Program-made: the position numbers and the translations under genes | IMG/VR virus record: IMGVR_UViG_3300025769_000092 | From: an uncultured virus (IMG/VR IMGVR_UViG_3300025769_000092) | Taxonomy: Duplodnaviria > Heunggongvirae > Uroviricota > Caudoviricetes | Strand: one strand, 5' to 3' | DNA length: 64,000 bases | The notes under the pieces: generated by a model | Told to the model about the DNA's origin: nothing | The model's input: only the letters and a program-made list of their open reading frames with translations | Database searches by the model: none | Shown here: piece after piece, positions 30,181 to 40,104 of the stretch | Layout of the letters: every line of letters begins with the position of its first letter | Position numbering within the stretch: the first letter of the stretch is position 1

Positions 30181-30465
30181 ATGAAAAAAACATTTAAAAT
30201 AGGCGAGTACGCAGTGGGTGGTATTATTGAAGTTAAGATTAGCGAAAACAACGCTAGTTTAAGAAATGATATTGTTATACACTTTTTAGATTACTACGAC
30301 AAGTCGATAGTAATGAGTATGGGTAGAAACAATAAAGATACTAATGCTAGAAGAGAATTAGTTAGGTTTTTAGAAGAAGGTTCTACACCATTTTATGCTG
30401 ATAAAGTTATGAAGTGGATTGAAAGCAAAATAGAATTCGCTAACGAATCAAACTGGTTCATTTAG
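30181..30465 (+). CDS. hypothetical protein (paralog of 31551-31850)
   Basis: KKTFKIGEYAVGGIIEVKI...YADKVMKWIE. Confidence 0.7.
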   Translation: MKKTFKIGEYAVGGIIEVKISENNASLRNDIVIHFLDYYDKSIVMSMGRNNKDTNARRELVRFLEEGSTPFYADKVMKWIESKIEFANESNWFI

Positions 30466-30666
30466 CAAATGTAAAAAAGATTTTTCATAAATCCAAATAA
30501 TATCCTATATAATTCTATTTAACTGGTGAGATAAATGCTGAACAGTCTTTATTTATTGGTGAATTAATCTATAGATAAAAAAAAATAAAAATATATACTA
30601 TTATATTTGGTATATTGAAATAAAGTTTGTATATTTACATATCGTTAATCATTAAAACTACTAATT

Positions 30667-30888
30667 ATGGCAATTTCAGCATCTATTAAAAAAGCTATTC
30701 ATCATTTCTTATTTAACGTGGATACAAATCCATGTAATGAATCAGAACCATTTCCTATTAAGGAGATTTTAAATATCCGTATTTCACCGAATGGGTACAA
30801 ACCCTTTGTAGTTGATTATATTTGCCCAAAGGGTAAAGATGAAAGTGTATTGGTTTATGATTTTCACATAGAAAAGTATCTTGATTGA
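30667..30888 (+). CDS. hypothetical protein
   Basis: ORF with own promoter. Confidence 0.65.
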   Translation: MAISASIKKAIHHFLFNVDTNPCNESEPFPIKEILNIRISPNGYKPFVVDYICPKGKDESVLVYDFHIEKYLD

Positions 30889-30920
30889 TACTTTTTTTAT
30901 TTCTTATTTAAAAAAGTTAA

Positions 30921-31008
30921 GGCGTGACGGAGTCTACTCTTCTGAGGTGTTAGCTCAGCCCGTCTCAATGACAATACAAATATCGGAATAAAAAATGACA
31001 CTACCAAA
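30921..31008 (-). ncRNA. small structured RNA repeat copy 4 (with promoter)
   Basis: ACGGG-CTGAG/CTCAG hairpin-AAGAGTAGACTCC. Confidence 0.65.
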
Positions 31009-31086
31009 TAATATCTTATATATTTTTATATAGGTAAAAAAAAAGCTACCCTATTTGGATAGCTTTAAATAATATGTGGGGTAGGG

Positions 31087-31257
31087 TTATTCTACCCACA
31101 CCCTAGAATAACTATAATTAGGGTAATTTGAGTCATAAGGCTCATTGGCTTCATTAATATAAGCCTTAGCCTTATTCTCAGTTGAGAATAATTTGTTCAT
31201 GGTTTTCCAACCACTATAATCTGAAAAATCTCTAGTAAGTAACATATAAATCCACAT
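31087..31257 (-). CDS. small hypothetical protein (56 aa)
   Basis: manually read MWIYMLLTRDFSDYSGW...; minus-strand promoter at ~31283-31315. Confidence 0.55.
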   Translation of the reverse strand: MWIYMLLTRDFSDYSGWKTMNKLFSTENKAKAYINEANEPYDSNYPNYSYSRVWVE

Positions 31258-31360
31258 AAATAAATAATTTAGTTTAACAATACTGCAATATACAAAATAA
31301 TATTTAATCTACAAACATATGGGTAAAATAATTTTATTTTTTTTATATGGGTAATATATG

Positions 31361-31448
31361 GGCGTGACGGAGTCTACTCTTCTGAGGTGTTAGCTCAGCC
31401 CGTCTCAATGACAATACAAATATGGGGATAATATTTCACATATCCAAA
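31361..31448 (-). ncRNA. small structured RNA repeat copy 5 (with promoter)
   Basis: 63 bp identical to copy 4. Confidence 0.65.
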
Positions 31449-31550
31449 TAAAAAGACAAAAAAATTAAATAAAAAATATATGCTATAATATTTGCATAAG
31501 TGAAAAGTAATTCCGATATTTACACCATCGTTAAATTAAAACTAAAAGTT

Positions 31551-31850
31551 ATGGCAAAGAAAACAAAAACATGGAAAATTGGTGAATATGCTAAAGGAGG
31601 CGTAATTACCGTTGAAATACAGGGTGAAATAATTACTGTAATTGGTAAGGATTGGGATATGTCCCAAGGAACTAGAAGGAGTAGTAACCAAAGTAATGCT
31701 AAAGAGTTTACAAGGGGAACAGTATTATCTAGTCAAGATAATTGTAGAAGACTTTTAAGTAATTTTCTTAATGATTTAACAACTTCATACTATTCAGATA
31801 AAATAATTGAATGGATTGAAAATATCCAAATAAACAGGGAAAAAAATTAA
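31551..31850 (+). CDS. hypothetical protein (paralog of 30181-30465)
   Basis: KTWKIGEYAKGGVITVEI...YSDKIIEWIE; start adjusted. Confidence 0.7.
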   Translation: MAKKTKTWKIGEYAKGGVITVEIQGEIITVIGKDWDMSQGTRRSSNQSNAKEFTRGTVLSSQDNCRRLLSNFLNDLTTSYYSDKIIEWIENIQINREKN

Positions 31851-31932
31851 ATAAAAAATATCCTGTATTATATTTGGTATATTAAAATAAAGTTTGTACA
31901 TTTACACCATCGTTAAATTAAAACTAAAAGTT

Positions 31933-32400
31933 ATGGGAAAACAAAGAGATTTAAAATTATTAGAAAAGCAAATATTGGATGATGCCAAGAATGGTGACAC
32001 AACAGTACTTGCAGAGATACTTGAATCATTAGATGAGGAATATATATTTAATTCATTAAGTGATGTTAACCAAGAGAGAACTAACTTCCAACAGTTAAAG
32101 GGTGGTGAACGCATCGTTGCTTTGGTTAATACTAATGGAGTTTCTAATTCTTATAACACACCAGAACGTATAGATATTGAAAAGGGTACTATATTAAGAT
32201 GTCCAAATAGTGGTACAAGAATGGGTGATGCTTTTGCTACTTTAGTTAGAGGTAACGCAGTTAAACATTGTAGAGGTTATAATGAGGGTGAAAAACAAGA
32301 ATTAAAAGGTGGTGATACTATTGGTTTAAGTGGTGGTTATAAGTCAGCACCTTATTCATTGGGTAGTATTGATTTAAGAGTTTGGAAAATAATAGATTAA
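31933..32400 (+). CDS. hypothetical protein
   Basis: ORF with own promoter, start adjusted. Confidence 0.7.
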   Translation: MGKQRDLKLLEKQILDDAKNGDTTVLAEILESLDEEYIFNSLSDVNQERTNFQQLKGGERIVALVNTNGVSNSYNTPERIDIEKGTILRCPNSGTRMGDAFATLVRGNAVKHCRGYNEGEKQELKGGDTIGLSGGYKSAPYSLGSIDLRVWKIID

Positions 32401-32477
32401 AATATATACTATTATATTTGGTATATTAAAATAAAGTTTGTATATTTACACTATCGTTAAACAAAAATAATAATACT

Positions 32478-32696
32478 ATGGGTAAATTAAAAATTGGAGA
32501 GGTTGTAAAGTGGAAAGGTTGTTTTGGAACAGATACACCAAAGGATGCAGTTGTTAAGGGTATTCAAATTACCAATGGTGGTAAGTATGGTGATGAAGTT
32601 AATGAGGTTTCATGGTCAAAAATGTATGGTAGAAATGTTGTTGTAACTTTAGATAATAGACATTGGGCATACGCATCTCAAATATCTAAAAAATAA
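32478..32696 (+). CDS. hypothetical SH3-like protein
   Basis: LKIGEVVKW...LDNRHWAY. Confidence 0.65.
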   Translation: MGKLKIGEVVKWKGCFGTDTPKDAVVKGIQITNGGKYGDEVNEVSWSKMYGRNVVVTLDNRHWAYASQISKK

Positions 32697-32791
32697 ATTA
32701 ATGGGGAAATGTAAAAGTTTCCCCTTTTTTATTTGGATAATTAAATATAATATTGTATATTTGTATTGTTAAATAATTAAACAATATTACT

Positions 32792-33034
32792 ATGAATAAG
32801 GAAAAATTTGTTTTATATAGATTCTTTGATGGTGAAAGTAAATTAAAATATGCCGTACTAGAAAAAAAAGAATACGATTTATTAAAATTGGTTGATAGAG
32901 ATTTATGTTGTAGAACTGTTTCAGTCAGTGAAGATGAAAGGGGTTTAGAGTGTGCTAGTATAGAACTTAATAAACTAGGTGAAGAACTTGAAGAAGCTTG
33001 GGAAAAAGAATATAAAAATAATTTGTATAATTAA
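32792..33034 (+). CDS. hypothetical protein
   Basis: ORF with own promoter. Confidence 0.65.
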   Translation: MNKEKFVLYRFFDGESKLKYAVLEKKEYDLLKLVDRDLCCRTVSVSEDERGLECASIELNKLGEELEEAWEKEYKNNLYN

Positions 33035-33095
33035 ATATAATATTGTATATTTGTTATATAATTAAAAAACGTCAAACTAAATAAAAAATAAAACT

Positions 33096-33746
33096 ATGGG
33101 ACAGTATTACAAATCAGTATTTTTAAATGAAAATAATAAACCAATAAGTTATGGTTATAGCCATGACTTTGGAAGTGGACTTAAACTAATGGAACACTCT
33201 TGGATGTTAAATCCTTTTGTTAGATTCATTGAGAACCAATTAATGCTACAAGCACAAAAGTTAGTTTGGGCGGGAGATTATGCAGACAATGAGAACCCCG
33301 AAACAATTACTAATAAAGAAATAAAAGCTTTAAGTAGTGAAGATAGCGAATATTGGAACGCTGAAATATTAAAAAAAGAGGGTATTAATTTATATAGTCT
33401 TTCTGAATTAGTTGGTAAAATTACCCATGACGAAGAAATTCCAAAAGATAAAAGTAAATACGATTATAAGTATAAAAAGATAGCACCTCTTCAAGCTAAG
33501 TATTTAATAAACTATGATAAGAAAGAGTTTGTTAATAAAACTAAAGTACCTAAAGATAGTGAGGGTTGGCAAATACATCCTTTACCATTATTAACTTGTG
33601 AAGGAAACGGCAGAGGTGGTGGAGATTTCAGAGGGGATGAGACTAAATTAATTGGTCGTTGGTCTAGAGATAAAATAGGAGTTGTTACTAAAAAAAGTGA
33701 AGTACCTAAAGACTTCAAAGAAATAATATTTGATTTAACAGAATAA
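33096..33746 (+). CDS. conserved phage hypothetical protein
   Basis: MGQYY, GLKLMEHSW, WAGDYAD, IHPLPLLTCEGNGRGGGD. Confidence 0.8.
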   Translation: MGQYYKSVFLNENNKPISYGYSHDFGSGLKLMEHSWMLNPFVRFIENQLMLQAQKLVWAGDYADNENPETITNKEIKALSSEDSEYWNAEILKKEGINLYSLSELVGKITHDEEIPKDKSKYDYKYKKIAPLQAKYLINYDKKEFVNKTKVPKDSEGWQIHPLPLLTCEGNGRGGGDFRGDETKLIGRWSRDKIGVVTKKSEVPKDFKEIIFDLTE

Positions 33747-33807
33747 ATTAGGATAAGTAAATATAATATTGTATATTTGTATTGTTAAATAATTAAACAA
33801 TATTACT

Positions 33808-33972
33808 ATGAAAATCGGAACTTATACTAAAGAGCAACAAAGAATTAATAATAGAAAAATATCTAGAGAAATAGAACTAGAGAATAAAACGGGTTGGACT
33901 GCGATACATAAAACCCACAAATCTAAAAAGAATTATTCTAGAAAAAATAAACATAAAAGTTTTGAATATTAA
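33808..33972 (+). CDS. small basic protein with ArfA-like C-terminal tail
   Basis: manually read 54-aa ORF ending HKSKKNYSRKNKHKSFEY; own promoter. Confidence 0.55.
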   Translation: MKIGTYTKEQQRINNRKISREIELENKTGWTAIHKTHKSKKNYSRKNKHKSFEY

Positions 33973-34129
33973 AAAATTATTTGTACATTTACACCAACAT
34001 TAATCAATCACTTAAAACATAAAACATGGGAAGAAATTTAGACATCAAATTCGCATTAACATCAGTAACATTATTTATGGGGTTTATTATCTATAACATT
34101 ATAGTACACGGAATTCCAAATATCTAAAC

Positions 34130-34192
34130 CATAGTAAGTTTAGTTGTTTAACACGAGGAAAGACACTCTAATTATTTAGGGTGTTTTTTTTT
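34130..34192 (+). terminator. antisense-to-leader element plus intrinsic terminator
   Basis: catagtaagtttagttgtttaac then gacactctaa/ttagggtgtt hairpin and T run. Confidence 0.65.
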
Positions 34193-34438
34193 GTCTATAA
34201 ATTTGGATAACTGAATTATTTTCCTTATCTTTATATTAAGTTAAACAAAAACAAATTACTATGTTACAAATTTCAGAAGAACAATTAGAACAAGCAATTA
34301 AGAACGCAAAAATTGCAATCTCATTTGAAGATGAGGAATTACAAAAGCAATATTTTAGAGGTGTTAAAGATACCCTAGAGAATTTACTAGCAAAAGCAAA
34401 AGCAAATGAAATAATAAATAAGTTTTAAATTAAATATT

Positions 34439-34717
34439 ATGGCTAGAACAAAATACTATTATATTTGGATAGAAGGTATCTCACCTAGAAATGGTGAACT
34501 ATTAAAAACATTAACCAATTATGGTTATGACGTTACAAATAAAATAACTGAGGCATTAAGGGTTAAAGAAGATGATTTAAATTATATTAAAGATTATCTA
34601 TCTAGGCATGGTGTTGCAGATTGGGTATTAGAAAATCCAGAAAGTTATGTTAGAACTAATTATGCGCCTAGTGGAACAATTCTTAACTTAAAAGGAAATC
34701 TTATTAAAAATTATTAG
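34439..34717 (+). CDS. hypothetical protein
   Basis: ORF track. Confidence 0.65.
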   Translation: MARTKYYYIWIEGISPRNGELLKTLTNYGYDVTNKITEALRVKEDDLNYIKDYLSRHGVADWVLENPESYVRTNYAPSGTILNLKGNLIKNY

Positions 34718-34773
34718 GATATATAAAATATTTTCCTTATCTTTATACTATCGTTAAACAAAACAACAATACT

Positions 34774-34983
34774 ATGGTAAGGTCAACAATTAGTTTTTAT
34801 GAATGTGAGCATCAAGGAGATTTAAATAATATCCTAGAAGATATGAGGTCTTGTGGTGCTAAGATTGGTTACACTAGATTAGATGTAGATGAGGAAACTT
34901 GTACTATTGAATATGAGGTAGAAGATATGGGTGAGTTTGCTATCCAATTTAAAGACACAGAAAGTTATGATTTTATTAATTAA
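34774..34983 (+). CDS. hypothetical protein
   Basis: ORF with own promoter. Confidence 0.65.
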   Translation: MVRSTISFYECEHQGDLNNILEDMRSCGAKIGYTRLDVDEETCTIEYEVEDMGEFAIQFKDTESYDFIN

Positions 34984-35248
34984 AAGTTTGCATAATTAAA
35001 ATATTTTATTTACCTTTACACTATCGTTAAACAAAACAACAATACTATGAGAAAAGGAAAAGATAAGAAATGGTTTAAGATATGGTCTCCAATATTTGAA
35101 TTGACTGTTATTACAGGAGTACTGACTATTTTAATCTATATACTGTTAATAAAGTGTTAATAACTTTAGTGAAAAAAGTATTAAAAAATTTCTTAATATC
35201 ACAAAAAATACTTACCTTTACACTATCGTTAAACAAAAACAAACTATT

Positions 35249-35515
35249 ATGAAAACATTTAAAGATTTAGAATTTAATACACACCCAAGCGCACCATACT
35301 TTATGCAACAAGCACGAATGGATTTTGATAATGGGTTTGGTATATCAGTTGTTAATGGTCAAGGCGCATATTGTGGTGTTGGGACTTATGAAGTTGGTGT
35401 CCTATTTGAAGGTGCTTTAACTTATGATACTCATATAACAAATGATGTTATAGGTCATTTATCACCTAAAGAGATTACAGAGATAATGAAAGATATTCAA
35501 GAACTAACGTCATAG
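35249..35515 (+). CDS. conserved phage hypothetical protein
   Basis: FDNGFGISVV...YEVGVL...YDTHITNDVIG. Confidence 0.8.
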   Translation: MKTFKDLEFNTHPSAPYFMQQARMDFDNGFGISVVNGQGAYCGVGTYEVGVLFEGALTYDTHITNDVIGHLSPKEITEIMKDIQELTS

Positions 35516-35571
35516 TAAGTTAGTAGTTTAACAACAAGGAAAGGCACTCATCTAATGGGTGCTTTTTTTTT
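35511..35571 (+). terminator. antisense-to-leader element plus intrinsic terminator
   Basis: catagtaagttagtagtttaac then ggcactcat/atgggtgct hairpin and T run. Confidence 0.65.
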
Positions 35572-35640
35572 ATCTAATAATTTGGAATATTAAATATAAT
35601 ATAGTATATTTGTATAAGTTAAACAAATAATAATAATACT

Positions 35641-35940
35641 ATGGAAAGGCAAGAAGTAATATCGTTTTTAGAGGGGTTGGTTGGACAAAGATTTAATATG
35701 CAATCACTTAATGATAAATTAGAAAAAGTATTTAAGCAAAAGGTTGAATTACAAAACACATCATTATTAAGGGAACAAGAAAATGATGATGATGACCTAG
35801 CAGACTATAACCTAATGTTTAATATAGAAGATGGTAGCGAACAATCGGGGTTTTTTGATATCTATATGTTACCAATGAGAAGAAAGGGTTTTGATGGTGC
35901 AGATATGTATATCACAGAAGTTGGTTATGAATTTGGATAA
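35641..35940 (+). CDS. hypothetical protein
   Basis: ORF with own promoter. Confidence 0.7.
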   Translation: MERQEVISFLEGLVGQRFNMQSLNDKLEKVFKQKVELQNTSLLREQENDDDDLADYNLMFNIEDGSEQSGFFDIYMLPMRRKGFDGADMYITEVGYEFG

Positions 35941-35991
35941 GTCAATTATTTTCTTTATCTTTATATTATCGTTAAACAAAAACAAACTACT

Positions 35992-36336
35992 ATGGATTAT
36001 CAATTAGCATTTAGACAAGACAAAAGTATTTTAATTGACTACATTACTGAAAACATTATAAAGTCAATTGAGTTTTGGAACAGAGAGTCGGAAGATATAT
36101 ATAACCAAAACATACAAGGAACATTAGGGACTAAAGAAACAAATCAATTTGCTAGAGATACACAACAAGATGATTGGCTTAATGAGATGATTCTTATTGA
36201 TTGTAAGACATTTTGTAATAGCAAGAGAGGTAAAGAGTTAAACTATTCTTGTGGTAGAACTAGAAGTCATGTATGGTTACATAAAGATGATGAAAGAATT
36301 CTTATGATTTATGCTGATAAAGATTTGGATAATTAA
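35992..36336 (+). CDS. hypothetical protein
   Basis: ORF with own promoter. Confidence 0.7.
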   Translation: MDYQLAFRQDKSILIDYITENIIKSIEFWNRESEDIYNQNIQGTLGTKETNQFARDTQQDDWLNEMILIDCKTFCNSKRGKELNYSCGRTRSHVWLHKDDERILMIYADKDLDN

Positions 36337-36383
36337 AATATTATCCTTATCTTTATACTATCGTTAAACAAAACAACAATACT

Positions 36384-36719
36384 ATGTGGTGGCATTATAA
36401 AGAAGGTGATAAGGTATCTTGGAAACAAAGAGATAGAAAGGTTAGACCTAATATGGATGTTTCTGATTACAAAGAAAAGAGATATAAATTAACTAAACTT
36501 TTTCAGAGTAAAAAAATAAATGTCAGAGTTTATTTTGATAAGTCAATAGAGTTAGAAGACAAGTATTTTTATAAGGGTTATTTTGAGACTAATAGTGGGG
36601 TTAATTTAGTTGTTAGGCAAATTGAAAACACTATAAATAATAATACTTATTACTTATTAGATAACGGACGTGTTATTATCTCTGGTCAATTAAAATTAAT
36701 TGAAAAGAATTTGCATTAA
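36384..36719 (+). CDS. hypothetical protein
   Basis: ORF with own promoter. Confidence 0.7.
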   Translation: MWWHYKEGDKVSWKQRDRKVRPNMDVSDYKEKRYKLTKLFQSKKINVRVYFDKSIELEDKYFYKGYFETNSGVNLVVRQIENTINNNTYYLLDNGRVIISGQLKLIEKNLH

Positions 36720-36782
36720 ATTAGGATATACAAATTATTATCCTTATCTTTATACTATCGTTAAACACAAAAACTTATTATT

Positions 36783-37085
36783 ATGGAATTAATGGAATTT
36801 TTCAGAACAGAGCAATTTGCTAAAGAGGTAGCAGATAATTTAAACAAACCACAAATTCAATTCATACTTAAAAAGGGTAAAGAATTTTTAGAGTTTGCAA
36901 CACACATTAAGAATAATTGTCTTTACTTTGATTATGAGGTAACACCCGAAACAATAGACAATGACATCAAGTGTTTATATTGGAATTTAAGAGAGTTAAG
37001 AAAGGCACTAATTCAAAAAAGAAATGAGCCAATTCAATATGTTACATTAAGTAATGAAATGCACTCACCAATTTACTTAAACTAA
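36783..37085 (+). CDS. hypothetical protein
   Basis: ORF with own promoter. Confidence 0.7.
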   Translation: MELMEFFRTEQFAKEVADNLNKPQIQFILKKGKEFLEFATHIKNNCLYFDYEVTPETIDNDIKCLYWNLRELRKALIQKRNEPIQYVTLSNEMHSPIYLN

Positions 37086-37649
37086 TGGATAAGAATATTG
37101 ACCATAAGATAGAAACATATCCCACCATGACCTTTGAGGGCTGGTGGGCATATATGTTCAGTCATCTAATTATCTATGACTTAAAAGATACTCATTGTAT
37201 TCATAAGGATAAAGAAGGTAATAGTTGGTTGAAAAGAAAAGCAAAATAAATTTGGATAATTAAATACTATTTTGTATATTTGTTATAAGTCAAACAAACA
37301 ATAAGAAACTATGAAAGATATAAAAGTATTTATAATTTATAGCATCTGCCTATTAGTTATGGGTTGGTGTTTGATAGATACAATTATTAAAGCTATAAAT
37401 TAAATAAAAACAAATTAACATGAAAACAACATACCCAAAAGAGCCAATATTTGATTTCAATGAATGGATTAAATATATTAATCAAGAAGTAACCAAATTA
37501 AAATAAAACAAAGATGAGTAAAGAAAATAAAAAAACATTTGAATGTATTGAGCATGGGGAAAAATTCCTAATAGATGCTAAAGATATTAATGAAGCAAAA
37601 GAGGTCGCCCAAATGTATGGTGGCAGTGTAATAAGAGAAATTAAAAGTT

Positions 37650-37711
37650 CATAGTAAGTAAGTAGTTTAACAAGTAGAAAGGCACTTCAATTTATTTTGA
37701 GGTGCTTTTTT
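37650..37711 (+). terminator. antisense-to-leader element plus intrinsic terminator
   Basis: catagtaagtaagtagtttaac then ggcacttcaa/ttgaggtgct hairpin and T run. Confidence 0.65.
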
Positions 37712-37785
37712 ATTTTAAAATAAATTTGGAATATTAAATACTATTTTGTATATTTGAATATCGTTAATCATTAATACTATAAGTT

Positions 37786-38004
37786 ATGTCAAACCTTATT
37801 ACAATCAACGCAATAGACAGAGATTCAAGTGGTGGAGAATTCAAGACTTTCTCAACGCTTGATGTAGAAACATTTAGAAGTCAATTAGAAGAATGGGAAT
37901 CAGAATTGATTTATAGAAAATACTATTTAACTACTCAAGAGGATACAGATGACTATTCAGATGAGATAGTTGAAATCCTTGATGAATACCAAGTAGAATA
38001 CTAA
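37786..38004 (+). CDS. hypothetical acidic protein
   Basis: ORF with own promoter. Confidence 0.65.
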   Translation: MSNLITINAIDRDSSGGEFKTFSTLDVETFRSQLEEWESELIYRKYYLTTQEDTDDYSDEIVEILDEYQVEY

Positions 38005-38024
38005 AACAAATAAAACTAAAAGTT

Positions 38025-38357
38025 ATGACTAAGAAAGAATTTTTTGAAGAGAACTATTTGAACTTACTTAACCAAGCTAAAGAAGAATTAGTTGGAATGG
38101 TTAAAAAGGTGATTGAGTCACAAGATGAAACTCATATACTATTTTATGAGTATGGTATATCACAACCAATATATAGAGAAGACCCACACAATGACGAAAT
38201 GAGTGAAACTATTAGTGGTGCATGGATAACTGAAAATAAGGTTGGGTTCACTGTTGATACCTTTGAAAGTGGTTATGATATTGACATGGAAGATTTAGAT
38301 ATGGACATGGTTCTATATTTAATTGGAGAATTTGAAGAAATAAATTTGGATAATTAA
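38025..38357 (+). CDS. hypothetical acidic protein
   Basis: ORF track. Confidence 0.7.
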   Translation: MTKKEFFEENYLNLLNQAKEELVGMVKKVIESQDETHILFYEYGISQPIYREDPHNDEMSETISGAWITENKVGFTVDTFESGYDIDMEDLDMDMVLYLIGEFEEINLDN

Positions 38358-39016
38358 ATTCTAAAGGGTAGTTTTATAGCTACCCTTTTTTTATATATTT
38401 GTTATAAGTTAAATTTAAAACTATTTCATTCTAATAAGGTATACACTTTCGTGTATATAAAATTATATGAACATAAAAAAAGGAACACCTTAAATGATGT
38501 TCCTCAACTTAACCTAACCTTATCTATTTCTTTCACCTACATTATTTCCTGGTCTTATGTTTTTTTAAACTATTAAATATAATAGTTATTAATATCCCTA
38601 TTAATATACATAATAAACTCTGCAATATTATTTCTGAATAAGTTACTTCTATTACATTCATCTTATTTGTTTTTTTAATAATTTAAAATGAGCTAGGGGA
38701 AAGCTTTCACAATCCCCTATTTCTTTTAAACAGATGCAATTCCGTAAGTACAAATGTTATAAATAACTAAACCAATAAAACTTAACAAACTTGTAACTAA
38801 AGCAATTAATGTTAAGTTGTCTAATACGTAATACTTTAAAATAAATCTCATAATATATATTTTTAATAATTTAACAATACAAATATACAAACTATATTTG
38901 AATCTACCAAATATTATAGTATATATTTTTTTTTACCTAAAAGTTTGGATATATGGTTTTTTTGTTTTTACTTTGTATTCAAGTTAAACAATTAATCATT
39001 AAAAAAACTTATTATT

Positions 39017-39424
39017 ATGGAAATTTTATTAAATGACAAAGAATTAAAGGAAGTATTACACAACGCACTATGTAACGGATTAGGTTGGATTAGTGGATAT
39101 GGTTTAAGTGTTAAAATATCTAAAGAGGATTATGCTAAAGCTAAAAATTCTTTAAAGGACGAGGATTTTAATGTAGGTAGTATTAATATAGGTATCTGCA
39201 TCGAAGATGTTTTAATGAAGCATCTAGAGAATGGTAATGCGTTAGGGTTCTATGATTCGGAGCAAGAGGAACACGTTTCTTTTACCTTAGACCAAGCTAA
39301 GGAGAACCTAAAGGACGAAAATGTAACTAAGCACATTATGGATATGCTTAACGAAAATGATGACGCTATTACAGCCGATTGTATTTTGCAAACTGCATTG
39401 TATGGTGAAATAGTTTTCGGATAA
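39017..39424 (+). CDS. conserved phage hypothetical protein
   Basis: C-terminal DAITADCILQTALYGEIVFG motif. Confidence 0.8.
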   Translation: MEILLNDKELKEVLHNALCNGLGWISGYGLSVKISKEDYAKAKNSLKDEDFNVGSINIGICIEDVLMKHLENGNALGFYDSEQEEHVSFTLDQAKENLKDENVTKHIMDMLNENDDAITADCILQTALYGEIVFG

Positions 39425-39790
39425 TAAAAAATAATTTAAAAAATGTTTGGTGGTTTAAATTATTATCCGTAATATTGTACCACGTTAAACAATTAAAAAT
39501 ATATACTATGAAAAGAAGTACAAAAAGAAGAGTAGAAAACACAGTTTGTGGAATTTTTAAATCAGTATTAGTATTACAAGCAAGTATGCTAATATGGGCA
39601 TTTGGTGTAATGATAGTAAAGTTATTTGGAACTTTCTAATAATAAATTAAAACCAAAGTTAGGGGGTGCAGAAATGTATCCCCTTTTTTTTACCTATATA
39701 AAAAAAATTAAAAATATATAGGATATTATTTGGTAGATTAAAAATTAATTCCGATATTGCATCATCGTTAAACACTAAAACAAATTTATT

Positions 39791-40075
39791 ATGGACGTTA
39801 CTATTAGAATCACAGCACAGTACTACGAAAATTATTCAGACACTGATACACCTTATTGGAAGCCGAAGGGTGGGCATGAGTTTACTATTAAGGCTGATGC
39901 TGATACTATCTTTTACACTTATGATTCAGACCTAAAAGAAATCTTATCTAAGATGGTTGCTGATGAGAGCGATTCTCACAACAAGTATGAATATCTTGGT
40001 CATGAGGTTAAATTCTTTGAGGCTACTGAATTAAGTAATGATAAATTTGAAAAATTACTTATGACAAAAGTATAA
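39791..40075 (+). CDS. conserved phage hypothetical protein
   Basis: QYYENY...PYWKPKGG motif. Confidence 0.75.
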   Translation: MDVTIRITAQYYENYSDTDTPYWKPKGGHEFTIKADADTIFYTYDSDLKEILSKMVADESDSHNKYEYLGHEVKFFEATELSNDKFEKLLMTKV

Positions 40076-40104
40076 AAAATAATTTAAAAAAAGTGAGGCT
40101 ATAA

